Notes under the pieces: generated by a model
The model's database searches: none
The model's input: only the letters and a program-made list of their open reading frames with translations
What the model was told of the DNA's origin: nothing
Program-made: the position numbers and the translations under genes
Shown: positions 8,706 to 17,053 of the stretch, one piece after another
How positions within the stretch are numbered: position 1 is the first letter of the stretch
How the letters are laid out: each line of letters begins with the position of its first letter
Origin: an uncultured Chloroflexia bacterium
GTDB taxonomy: Bacteria; Chloroflexota; UBA6077; JACCZL01
Reading direction: 5' to 3'
Assembly: GCA_963765765.1 (NCBI GenBank)
Contig: CAVXYC010000019.1
Location: forward strand, 64,001-128,000
DNA length: 64,000 nt

Positions 8706-10310
8706 TTGATCGCCACAGCAGCCGCTACCGCTCGGGGTGGGAGCCGCGGAATCCTTGCAGATGCCATTCTGTGCGCCGGACTTCTGGCTGTGGGCGTCGC
8801 CTTTCGTTGGCCGGAGCTGTGGAACATTCCCGTCTTCACGGACGAGTGGGACGAGATCCGGGTCAGCCTCAACATCCTGCGGGATGGCGCAGTTCCGTTG
8901 ACCAACGCCGATCCTTACTACGGCGCACTCACCAGCTATCTGATGGCCGGATTCCTTTTGTTCACCGGCGTGAACATGGAAGCGCCCCGTCTCTTTGCTT
9001 TGACACTTGGCGCATTGCAGCTCATACCGACCTATCTACTGGGTCTGGAAGCCGGCCGAGCGTTTGGCTTCGAGGATCATCGAGCTCGACTCGCCGGGGT
9101 GCTCACGGGGCTGCTGCTCGCGGCCGCGGGTGGTCACATTGTGCTCAACAGTCATCTTGCCTGGGCAAACAGCACGACTCCGCTTTTCACCACAACGGCG
9201 CTCTGGCTTCTCTTGCGTGTCGCGCGACGATGGCAAGAGAACAAGCTTGGTGGATGGGACCTTGCCGCGGCAGGGTTGTGCCTGGGATTTGCACTACAGA
9301 CACACATCATGGTGCTCGTCCTCATTATCGGAGCGGCTATCGGGGCCTTGCTCACCGTCCCACGACTTGTTTTCGGACGCTGGGGCCTGATCTCTGGTAT
9401 GGCGATCATGCTCGGCTACTCGAATATGATCGTTTTCAACGTCCTTACTCGTGGTGAGACGTTTCGATTCGCACAGTCCATGTCGGACGGGTATTCGGGT
9501 GGGAAGGAGGTCGGATACCTCCAGAAGCTGGGCAGTCTCCTGCTTTCCCTTCTGCGCATGGCTGGTGGTGCGATCGATCGCCGTGATTCGTTCTGGTCCT
9601 TTGTCACTGACCCACTATTGGTCCTGTGCATAGTGGGGGCGCTTGTAGGGGTCGGGTTGCTCGCCGTTCGTCGTCAGACGATGTTGCTGTGCGTATTGCT
9701 TGCCGCGGTGCTCCTGCTGCCATTCGTGAACAACCGGTATGAGCCGCTGTTTAGTGGTCGGTATCTCTCACCGCTCCTGCCGTTATTGTTTACCGGTTTG
9801 AGTATCGTGCTCATTGTGCTTTCCAGTCGTCTTGTTCGGCCCCGGCTGGTCCCCCTCGCGGCGGTGCTTATGGTCGTGGTCATCGGCGGTTATTCGCTGA
9901 TGCAGCTATTTGCGCTGTACGGTCGTCTCGAGGCATCGGGGCGTTCAAACACACGGGTGCTGGAGACAATGCGGGGCGTAAAAGCCATGATTCAGCCAGG
10001 TGAGACTGTCTATCTGGACAATCGATTGAGTCGACGCCGGCTTATGGAAGCCGGCGCGGGCGACATGGAGCGCGTCTTCAGCGCATTACTGGACGTGAGT
10101 GGTATGCCCTACAGGGTCGTGACCATCGATGATGGCTGGCAGCCGGCGGAGCCAGGTCTGGTGATTCTGGCATCGCGCGAGACGCCGCGTTCAACGGGTG
10201 CCGTGATTGCGCGTTTGAGACTGACTCAACCGCGTGGAGGCCCGGCGGAGCCGATGGCAGAGGGTGAGATCTTCCAGCTCTACCGCGCCGCGGCATCACC
10301 AAAGGTCTAA
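8706..10310 (+). CDS. ArnT/PMT-like (GT39/GT83-type) membrane glycosyltransferase
   Basis: First TM followed by F.DE, then PYYG.L..Y, ALQTH and GRYL.PLLP; about 11 TM helices. TTG start. Confidence 0.7.
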   Translation: MIATAAATARGGSRGILADAILCAGLLAVGVAFRWPELWNIPVFTDEWDEIRVSLNILRDGAVPLTNADPYYGALTSYLMAGFLLFTGVNMEAPRLFALTLGALQLIPTYLLGLEAGRAFGFEDHRARLAGVLTGLLLAAAGGHIVLNSHLAWANSTTPLFTTTALWLLLRVARRWQENKLGGWDLAAAGLCLGFALQTHIMVLVLIIGAAIGALLTVPRLVFGRWGLISGMAIMLGYSNMIVFNVLTRGETFRFAQSMSDGYSGGKEVGYLQKLGSLLLSLLRMAGGAIDRRDSFWSFVTDPLLVLCIVGALVGVGLLAVRRQTMLLCVLLAAVLLLPFVNNRYEPLFSGRYLSPLLPLLFTGLSIVLIVLSSRLVRPRLVPLAAVLMVVVIGGYSLMQLFALYGRLEASGRSNTRVLETMRGVKAMIQPGETVYLDNRLSRRRLMEAGAGDMERVFSALLDVSGMPYRVVTIDDGWQPAEPGLVILASRETPRSTGAVIARLRLTQPRGGPAEPMAEGEIFQLYRAAASPKV

Positions 10311-10316
10311 CGAAAT

Positions 10317-11420
10317 ATGATGCGACCATCGCTAGCGCCCAAGGTCACATCGCTGCTGACGAACTCCATCGACGATGTCACGAGTCAAGCTCAATGGATG
10401 TCCGGATTGCTCGGAGAGCATCCCTCCTCCTACTCTCGCAGCCCGGCGCTCTGGAACGCGGCCTACCGTGACCTGAGCTTGGACGCGGCGTACGCGCCTT
10501 TCGACGTGCCGCCGGATCGGCTGGAAGCGTTCGTTCAGGCGCTGCGGGAGTCGCCCGGCTTGCTGGGTTTCAACGTCACGGTTCCGTTCAAACAGGCGCT
10601 TCTCCCGTTTCTGGACGAGCTAGACCCTCTCGCATCGGCGATTGGCGCTACGAACTGCGTTGTGCGCACGGTGGACGGCCGTCTGATCGGAAGCAACACC
10701 GACGCCACTGGGGCGCTTTCTTGCCTCATACGTGAGAGGCCGAACGATGAGCCCTTTTTCCCTGACCTGAATGGGGCGACGGTGTTGCAAATCGGCGCGG
10801 GAGGCGCCGGTCGTGCCGTGGCATCGGCGCTCATCGGACAGCTTGGCGATCGGGGTCGACTGGTGTTGGCCAATCGAACGCGAGGGACCGCGGAGAAGGC
10901 GGCTCGATCGATTGATCCCGAGTCACGGCGAGTTGAGGTCATCACTGAAGACCAGATTACTAAGGTTGCGCCGCGTGCAGACCTCCTGGTGAACGCATCG
11001 ACACGCGGACAGGCGGGATTCTTTCAGCGTCAGGACGGTCTGGTGACCAGCCTGGAGCCATACTCGCCATCAGGGCCCGCTAATCCTGCGTGGATTGACC
11101 CGCGCGACTCCTTCGATGAATCCGCTCGGCAGCGGGCCTGGTACCTTGCCTCCCTGGATGACATTCGGAAGAACGAGCGGGCCGCGGCGACCGTGTTGGA
11201 GCAGACTCGGCCCGGCGCCAGCTTTTTCGATCTAGTCTACGCACCAGCGGAGCCAGTGTTTCTCCGCACAGCCCGCTGGGCCGGTCATCCCACGCTGAAC
11301 GGCGCGGACATGATCCTGCACCAGGCGGTTGCAGGTTTCTTGATCATCACCGCCCCCTTGCTCGATGCGCTGACACCCGAGCTCCGCCAGAGGGTGGAGC
11401 GGGTGATGCGAGCAGCGTGA
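10317..11420 (+). CDS. aroE: Shikimate dehydrogenase (long variant)
   Basis: SRSPALWN, GFNVTVPFK, IGATNC, NTDATG, GAGGAGRA, NRT, DLVYAP, NGADMILHQA. Confidence 0.85.
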   Translation: MMRPSLAPKVTSLLTNSIDDVTSQAQWMSGLLGEHPSSYSRSPALWNAAYRDLSLDAAYAPFDVPPDRLEAFVQALRESPGLLGFNVTVPFKQALLPFLDELDPLASAIGATNCVVRTVDGRLIGSNTDATGALSCLIRERPNDEPFFPDLNGATVLQIGAGGAGRAVASALIGQLGDRGRLVLANRTRGTAEKAARSIDPESRRVEVITEDQITKVAPRADLLVNASTRGQAGFFQRQDGLVTSLEPYSPSGPANPAWIDPRDSFDESARQRAWYLASLDDIRKNERAAATVLEQTRPGASFFDLVYAPAEPVFLRTARWAGHPTLNGADMILHQAVAGFLIITAPLLDALTPELRQRVERVMRAA

Positions 11421-11425
11421 TCTCG

Positions 11426-11519
11426 GAGGCGCGGAGCGCCGCTTTCTAGAGTTCCCTGTCTGTGACCGGGCTAGCGAGAAAGCGGCGCTCCGCGCGCATT
11501 CCAAAGCGCTCCGCGCCTC
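11426..11519. repeat. Inverted repeat (REP-like or terminator) between convergent aroE and nth
   Basis: GCGCGGAGCGCCGCTTTCT pairs with AGAAAGCGGCGCTCCGCGC; a second AGCGCTCCGCGCCTC copy follows. Confidence 0.65.
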
Positions 11520-11522
11520 TGT

Positions 11523-12179
11523 TCAGGCGACGCCTACTCTCGGGCAAATATCTACCAGCGGGCACTCGGGACATCGTGGTCGCTGGGCTTTACAGATCTC
11601 CCGGCCGAGTCTGATGAGATGCACATGCACGCTGTAGTGGCGTTCGAGTGGAACCATGGCTTCAAGAAGGTCATGGGCACGATCAGCCGTTGTCCCCGGC
11701 GGGATGAGGCCCAGTCTGATGGCGAGTCTATGCACGTGGGTGTCAACAGGGAGAGCGGCCTGGCCGCAGGCGAATGCCTGGACGCACGCGGCGGTTTTCA
11801 CGCCCACCCCGGGCAATGACAGCAGATATGCACGGGCTTCCGCCGCGGGGAGCTGCTTCAGGAATTCCAGCGATAGCTCACCCTGGTCTTCAGCGATTCG
11901 CTGGAGCACCTGCCTGATGCGTGGACCCTTGATTTGTGCCAGGCCGCCGGCGCGGATCGCCTCGACAACGTCCATATCGTCCGCGGCGCAGACATCTCCC
12001 CAGGTAGGGAACCGTTCGCGAAGTGCCACGAAGGCGCGCTCGGAATTCAGATCCGATGTGTTCTGCGAAAGGATCGTTCCGACCAGCTCAGAGATCGGAT
12101 CGTTCCGAATCTCCGGTTGAATAACTCCGAAGTAGTCATCCAACTGCCGCTCGATCTCGGCGACGCGGCCGTTGTTCAC
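11523..12179 (-). CDS. nth: Endonuclease III-like HhH-GPD DNA glycosylase
   Basis: TILSQNTSD, LPGVGVKTA, PVDTHVHR and the 4Fe-4S motif C-X6-C-X2-C-X5-C. Probable GTG start overlapping the ggt stop (GTGA). Confidence 0.88.
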   Translation of the reverse strand: MNNGRVAEIERQLDDYFGVIQPEIRNDPISELVGTILSQNTSDLNSERAFVALRERFPTWGDVCAADDMDVVEAIRAGGLAQIKGPRIRQVLQRIAEDQGELSLEFLKQLPAAEARAYLLSLPGVGVKTAACVQAFACGQAALPVDTHVHRLAIRLGLIPPGTTADRAHDLLEAMVPLERHYSVHVHLIRLGREICKAQRPRCPECPLVDICPRVGVA

Positions 12180-13948
12180 CAGGCGAACGCGTACGCCGGA
12201 AACGTGTCGCCTTTGGACCCACGTGGATCGCACCCAACCTCGAGCATGCCAGTAACTTCGTCGATCTGTGCCGCGGAGACATAGCCCTCCGTCCAGTCCG
12301 CAGCTTCCTCCACGTCATGTCCGCGCACTCGGAGAGCGTCCAGCACACTCGGGCCCACGCGTGGCTCTATGCGTACTCGATTCCGGAAGCCAATGTGCGG
12401 TGCAAAGAAGCCCGGGAAATGCTCGGAGGAGAGCTTGGGCGCCTCAATGGCTTCCTGGATGGTCATTCCGAATACCTCGCGATTGAGGAAGAACTGCAGA
12501 AGCCATTGATCCTGCTGGTCACCGCCCATTGTCCCGAATGTCATCCAGGGACGCCCGTCGCGGAAAGCCAGGCTGGGTGTCAACGTGGTCCGCGGCCGCT
12601 TGCCCGGTGCCACAATGTTCGGGTGGTTGGATGGGCCGAGGTAGAACGTCATCATCCGGCATGACAGAGGAAAGCCAAGCGCCTCGACCACCTCCGATGA
12701 GCGGAGCCAGCCTCCAGAAGGAGTAAATGAGGCCATATTTCCGGCAGGATCGATGGCGTCAACATGCACCGTACCCGGTCCCCATGGCGAAGGATTGAAG
12801 AGCTCGTCTGTTGGCAGGAGCGCTCCATCTCGAAATGCGTCGCCGGGGCGAAGATCATTGTTCGCCCGTTGTAGATCGATGAGCTCCGCGCGCCGCCGCC
12901 CGTACGAGGCGGCCAACAGCACATCCGCGGGCACATTCGCTTGTGTCGGATCGCCGTAGTATTGCTCACGGTCGGCGAAGGCGAGCTTCATGGCCTCGAT
13001 CAGAACGTGGCAATAGTCGGCGCTCCCGTGGCCCATTGAACGGAGGTCGAAGCTCGCGAGTATCGCCAGCGACTGGAGCAATGCCGGACCCTGTGTCCAG
13101 AATCCGCACTTGAAAACCGTGGAATGGCCGAACTCGAACGACACCGGCGCTTCAACGCGGGTTTCGAATCGCTCAAGGTCGGATCGTTCAATCAGCCCAT
13201 CACGCTCGCGGGAGAACTTGGCGATGTCCTTTGCGACGTCGCCACGATAGAACGCGTCGTACACCGACTGCAGCTTCGCATCTCGATCGCCGGACGCGGC
13301 ACGCTCGGTGTCGGAGAGATGCGAGTACATGCGTGCGAGTGCCGGGTTGCGCTGCCGATCGCCGACGGATGGAGCCGTTCCGTCAGGTGTGTAGAGCGTC
13401 TTGCTTGCCGGCCAGCTCTCGAACTTTGGAGCCAGGTCATTCAGTCCATAGTTCTCCTGCCGAGCGAGCGCCGCGGAGATGGCAAAGCCTTCCGTGGCGA
13501 GTGCGCGCGCCGACTCAGCTACTTCTTCGAAGCTCATGGTGCCGTAGCGAGCAAGCGCTGTCACCACTGCGCCAAGCGTCGCCGGTACGCCGCTCGAGAG
13601 GATGCCCTCCGCGGGAACGGTATTCAGACCGCGCGACCGATATGCCTCCGGCGTCGCGGCCATGGGCGCGGTCATATTGCCGTTGATGGCAATCACTCGA
13701 CTGCTGCCGGCCGGTCGGATCAGGATGGGGCACTCCCCGCCAACCGTGTTCATTTGCGGATTGACGACACCCTCGACCAGGGTAGCCGCGCATGCCGCGT
13801 CGATGGCGTTACCGCCCGCCTTAAGCATGTCGACGCCAGCATTGACGGAGAGATACGAGTTGGCCGCCACTACTCCGTGCGTCCCCATGAGACGGGGATA
13901 AAAGGTGTTTGCATCCGTGGGGGCGCTGCGGAATGCGCGGGTGCTCAT
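12176..13948 (-). CDS. Gamma-glutamyltransferase family protein
   Basis: GGNAIDA, VPATLG, EAMKLAFADR, catalytic Thr in GTVHVD, PGKRPRTTL, GTMGGDQQ, CDPR. RBS before ATG 13948. Confidence 0.9.
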   Translation of the reverse strand: MSTRAFRSAPTDANTFYPRLMGTHGVVAANSYLSVNAGVDMLKAGGNAIDAACAATLVEGVVNPQMNTVGGECPILIRPAGSSRVIAINGNMTAPMAATPEAYRSRGLNTVPAEGILSSGVPATLGAVVTALARYGTMSFEEVAESARALATEGFAISAALARQENYGLNDLAPKFESWPASKTLYTPDGTAPSVGDRQRNPALARMYSHLSDTERAASGDRDAKLQSVYDAFYRGDVAKDIAKFSRERDGLIERSDLERFETRVEAPVSFEFGHSTVFKCGFWTQGPALLQSLAILASFDLRSMGHGSADYCHVLIEAMKLAFADREQYYGDPTQANVPADVLLAASYGRRRAELIDLQRANNDLRPGDAFRDGALLPTDELFNPSPWGPGTVHVDAIDPAGNMASFTPSGGWLRSSEVVEALGFPLSCRMMTFYLGPSNHPNIVAPGKRPRTTLTPSLAFRDGRPWMTFGTMGGDQQDQWLLQFFLNREVFGMTIQEAIEAPKLSSEHFPGFFAPHIGFRNRVRIEPRVGPSVLDALRVRGHDVEEAADWTEGYVSAAQIDEVTGMLEVGCDPRGSKGDTFPAYAFAW

Positions 13949-13970
13949 CAATTCCCTCAGTAAGTGATGG

Positions 13971-14040
13971 ATGAGTGATGAGTCATGAGTAATGAGAGAG
14001 CATCCAGTTGGACACTCATCACTCACGACTCATCACTCGT
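13971..14040. repeat. Inverted heptamer tandem arrays (ATGAGTN x4 / CACTCAT-like x4)
   Basis: ATGAGTG ATGAGTC ATGAGTA ATGAGAG, central TCCAGTTGGA palindrome, then CACTCAT CACTCAC GACTCAT CACTCGT. Confidence 0.85.
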
Positions 14041-14042
14041 AG

Positions 14043-15393
14043 TTAGGCTCGATTAACCAGCGTGGCGATCTCACTCACGTCGGCGACATCATCAAGCGCG
14101 GCGACTGTGGCCACGGTCCGGGCGGCCGCATCTTCGGAGATGTATGGCCCTACGAGGTCACGGAACTTCGCCTCGAGATCTTCGTCTGAGATCGGGTTCT
14201 CCGGTGTGCCGGTGGCCCAGGGCACGTGCACGACTAGCGTTGAGCCGTCGGTAAGCGTCGCGGTCACCTCGGACTCCTCCTGGCGGACAGACTCGTCGGC
14301 GGTTGCATCAATTTTGCCGTACAGGTCCACCAGGTCAGGCCGTACCACCAGCTCATCGCTGAACTGACGCTGTCGAGCCGTGCCTTCCACCAGGGCCACG
14401 GCCATAGCGTAGAAGACGCTGAACTTCCCTTCCAGACCAGTTTTCAAGTTGCGCTTGCTCGTCAGCTCAAGGACTAAAGGATGCACCCGCGCGTGAATCG
14501 TGGCCACCTTGTCCGCGGTCAAACCGTGCTTGTTGCGCATCTCGCGGACCGCGTCCACGCTGGGATGGATAACCACGCCGCAGGAGTATGGCTTGATGCC
14601 GTTCTTGAAGACCTCCCACGAATCGCCCAGCTTCTCTACGATTGGCGCATAGTCCTGTTTGTCCGACACGACGTTGCAGAAGCCGCGTAGCGCTTCGAGC
14701 GCTTTCTCGGACGCCGTGTAGCCCAGACTGGCCATGATGGCCGATTGCACGCCGTTGGATGCAGTTTTGCCGCTGTGGAGCGACTTGGTCATAGTGCCGA
14801 ACTGCTCGCGAAGCCCCGACGGCTGCGAGGCAGCTATGCCCAGCGCCATATTCATGTGGTGTGCATCCAGGCCCATGAGGCGGCCGGCCGCGGCTGCCGC
14901 GCCGAACATACCCACGCTGCCCGTGACGTGCCAGCCGCGATCGTAATGCTCGGGACAGATGGAGAGGGCGATGCGCGCTTCAACCTCGAACCCGGCTGAT
15001 GAACGCCGTGATCAAGTCCTTGCCGCTGGCTTTCTTCCACTCGGCAACTGGGAATGCTCCGGACATCGCCGGACCTGTGGGATGCAGCACAGTGATGATG
15101 TGCGTGTCATCGAAATCCAGAACGTGCGAGGCGATGCCATTGATGAGCGCGGCATTGACCAGAGACGTCTTTTGAGTGGTGCCCAGAACTGACGCCTGTG
15201 GGTTTCCGCCCAGGAGATCGGCCGTTTCGCGGGCGATGCGAGTGGCGTCCTCATCGGCCGCTCCCAGCGTCACTCCCAGATAGTCCAACAAGCAGCGTCT
15301 CGCCTCGCGGCGAACCTCCGGCGGGATCTGATCGTAGGTAAGCTGGCTGGCCCAATCGGCAAGCCGTGAGGTGACGAGTTCAGGGGCGGTCAT
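14043..15393 (-). CDS. MmgE/PrpD family protein, frameshift near 14990
   Basis: N-part NGIASHVLDFDDTH..HP and C-part GTMTKSLH.G..KPYSCG..HP..GKFS..GTPENP lie in two frames. Confidence 0.88.
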
Positions 15394-15508
15394 GTGCGGG
15401 ATCCTCTCAAAGGCATATAGAAGCGAGCCGAGCATAGCAGGAAGCACGCAGCCCGCACGATGGCGAGGAGCTACTTGGTAAGGCGTCTAGCCTGTCCCCC
15501 CGACGTAA

Positions 15509-16717
15509 CTAGCTGGGCGCCATTACTGGCGTGCTCTGTACGCGCCGGTTCTGCCAGAACACAGCGGCGTAGAAAAGGCCGGCCGCGGCCAGCGGGACGA
15601 CAGTCATCATGGACGTCAGTCCGATTACCGAGGCCAGAGCGCCGCACAGGGCGGGACTCGTCAGCGACCCGAGATCCTGCGATGAGCTGTAGAGACTCGA
15701 GGCGAGGCCGCGGCTTATTCGGGACTCGTCGATCGTCGCAAGCTCCACCGTGTTGCCGACGAGCACCACCGCTCGGACGAGTCCGATGGCCGCCAGCAGA
15801 ACGGCGAAGCCGAATGTGACCGTTTGAATCGGCAGAAGCGCATCAAGCAGTCCCATCAGCCCGAGGCCGACGATCGATACACGGGTAGCGCCGATCCACT
15901 TGATTGGCGATCCCGCGACCGGTCGCGCCACGGTGTTCACGAGCGAATGAACGCTTTTGAGCAGGCCAATCTCGGAAAGCGATAGCCCGATACCCAGGGC
16001 ATAGAGAGGGAAGAACGTGGAGATCATGCTGTGCAAGAAATTCAGAAGGAACTGCACCATCGCGATGATCACCAGTTTTGGCTCGGACATGGCTCGTAGC
16101 GACGCCGTCATTCGCTCCCTGATGGGGAGGGGTACCCCCGCGTGCCGTTGGCGTGGCTCATTCAGCGTCGCTGGATCGGGTCGGTCCATCCACAGGAAGA
16201 TCAGCGAGCTAAAGGTCATGAGTGCGCCGACTCTGAAAGCGTTGTCGTAGCCCAGCCAATCGCCGGCGAACCCGCCAACCATGTTTCCCACGGTGTGTCC
16301 GCCGGCTAATGCTCCCGCAAAGAACGCCATGGCCTTCGCCCTGTCCGCCCCTCGCGGCACCGTGTCCATGAACATGGCCATGTTTGTCGTTGTCGAGATG
16401 CCGCCACAAGCTCCCACCATGATCTGGACCAGGGCAAAAGTGATTGGACCGGATGTCAAGGGATAGAGCAGGTACGCCGCGGCCAAACCGACCACACCGA
16501 GTGTGCACAATAGTTTTCCGCGCTCACGCCGGTACATGGCGCCAATGGGGAAGCGAGACAACAGCGCGGAGATGCCGATGAACGCGACGAGTACACCGAT
16601 ACTCGTGTAGTCGTAGCCGAGATCGTGCAGGTACGGGGGTACGAGTATGCTCGAGATGTTGCTGCTCGACGTGAGCAACACCACGAAGACAAAGCGGACC
16701 CAGGGGATGGACGGCAT
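15509..16717 (-). CDS. MFS transporter
   Basis: About 12 hydrophobic helices in 402 aa, R.P.G..ERGK loop motif, two-fold symmetry. Confidence 0.85.
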   Translation of the reverse strand: MPSIPWVRFVFVVLLTSSSNISSILVPPYLHDLGYDYTSIGVLVAFIGISALLSRFPIGAMYRRERGKLLCTLGVVGLAAAYLLYPLTSGPITFALVQIMVGACGGISTTTNMAMFMDTVPRGADRAKAMAFFAGALAGGHTVGNMVGGFAGDWLGYDNAFRVGALMTFSSLIFLWMDRPDPATLNEPRQRHAGVPLPIRERMTASLRAMSEPKLVIIAMVQFLLNFLHSMISTFFPLYALGIGLSLSEIGLLKSVHSLVNTVARPVAGSPIKWIGATRVSIVGLGLMGLLDALLPIQTVTFGFAVLLAAIGLVRAVVLVGNTVELATIDESRISRGLASSLYSSSQDLGSLTSPALCGALASVIGLTSMMTVVPLAAAGLFYAAVFWQNRRVQSTPVMAPS

Positions 16718-16767
16718 GAGCTAGGTCCCATTATGGGACAGAGGCGCTGCTGTGTGAACGGGGAGGA

Positions 16768-16837
16768 GAGGTCAGAGGCTAGAGGTCAAGGACCGACTCC
16801 GATTACTGCTGACTCCCCTGACCTCGCCTCTGACCTC
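16768..16837. repeat. Inverted heptamer arrays (GAGGTCA / TGACCTC)
   Basis: GAGGTCA GAGGCTA GAGGTCA at 16768-16788; TGACTCC..TGACCTC GCCTC TGACCTC at 16810-16837. Confidence 0.65.
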
Positions 16838-17053
16838 TCGCCGGGTGTGACTCATTTTTGCTGGATCTTGGCTCGGCGAGGCCCAGGTACGCCGACCGAA
16901 ACCCCTGCCATCCCCTGGAGCGGTCCCGTCGAGTTGTGCGGCCAACAAGAATGTGGCAGCTCTCGTCCTCGGGCCTCTCGCGTCTCGCCTCTCCGTCTGG
17001 TATGGTCGCGGTAGGACCCCGGCAGTCGTGCGAGGCACACAGGGAGGCCAAGA

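Noticed and set aside
13949-14026. N-terminal extension of GGT (SLITHDSSLIHH)
   Set aside because: It is the translation of the heptamer array; the RBS supports a start at 13948.
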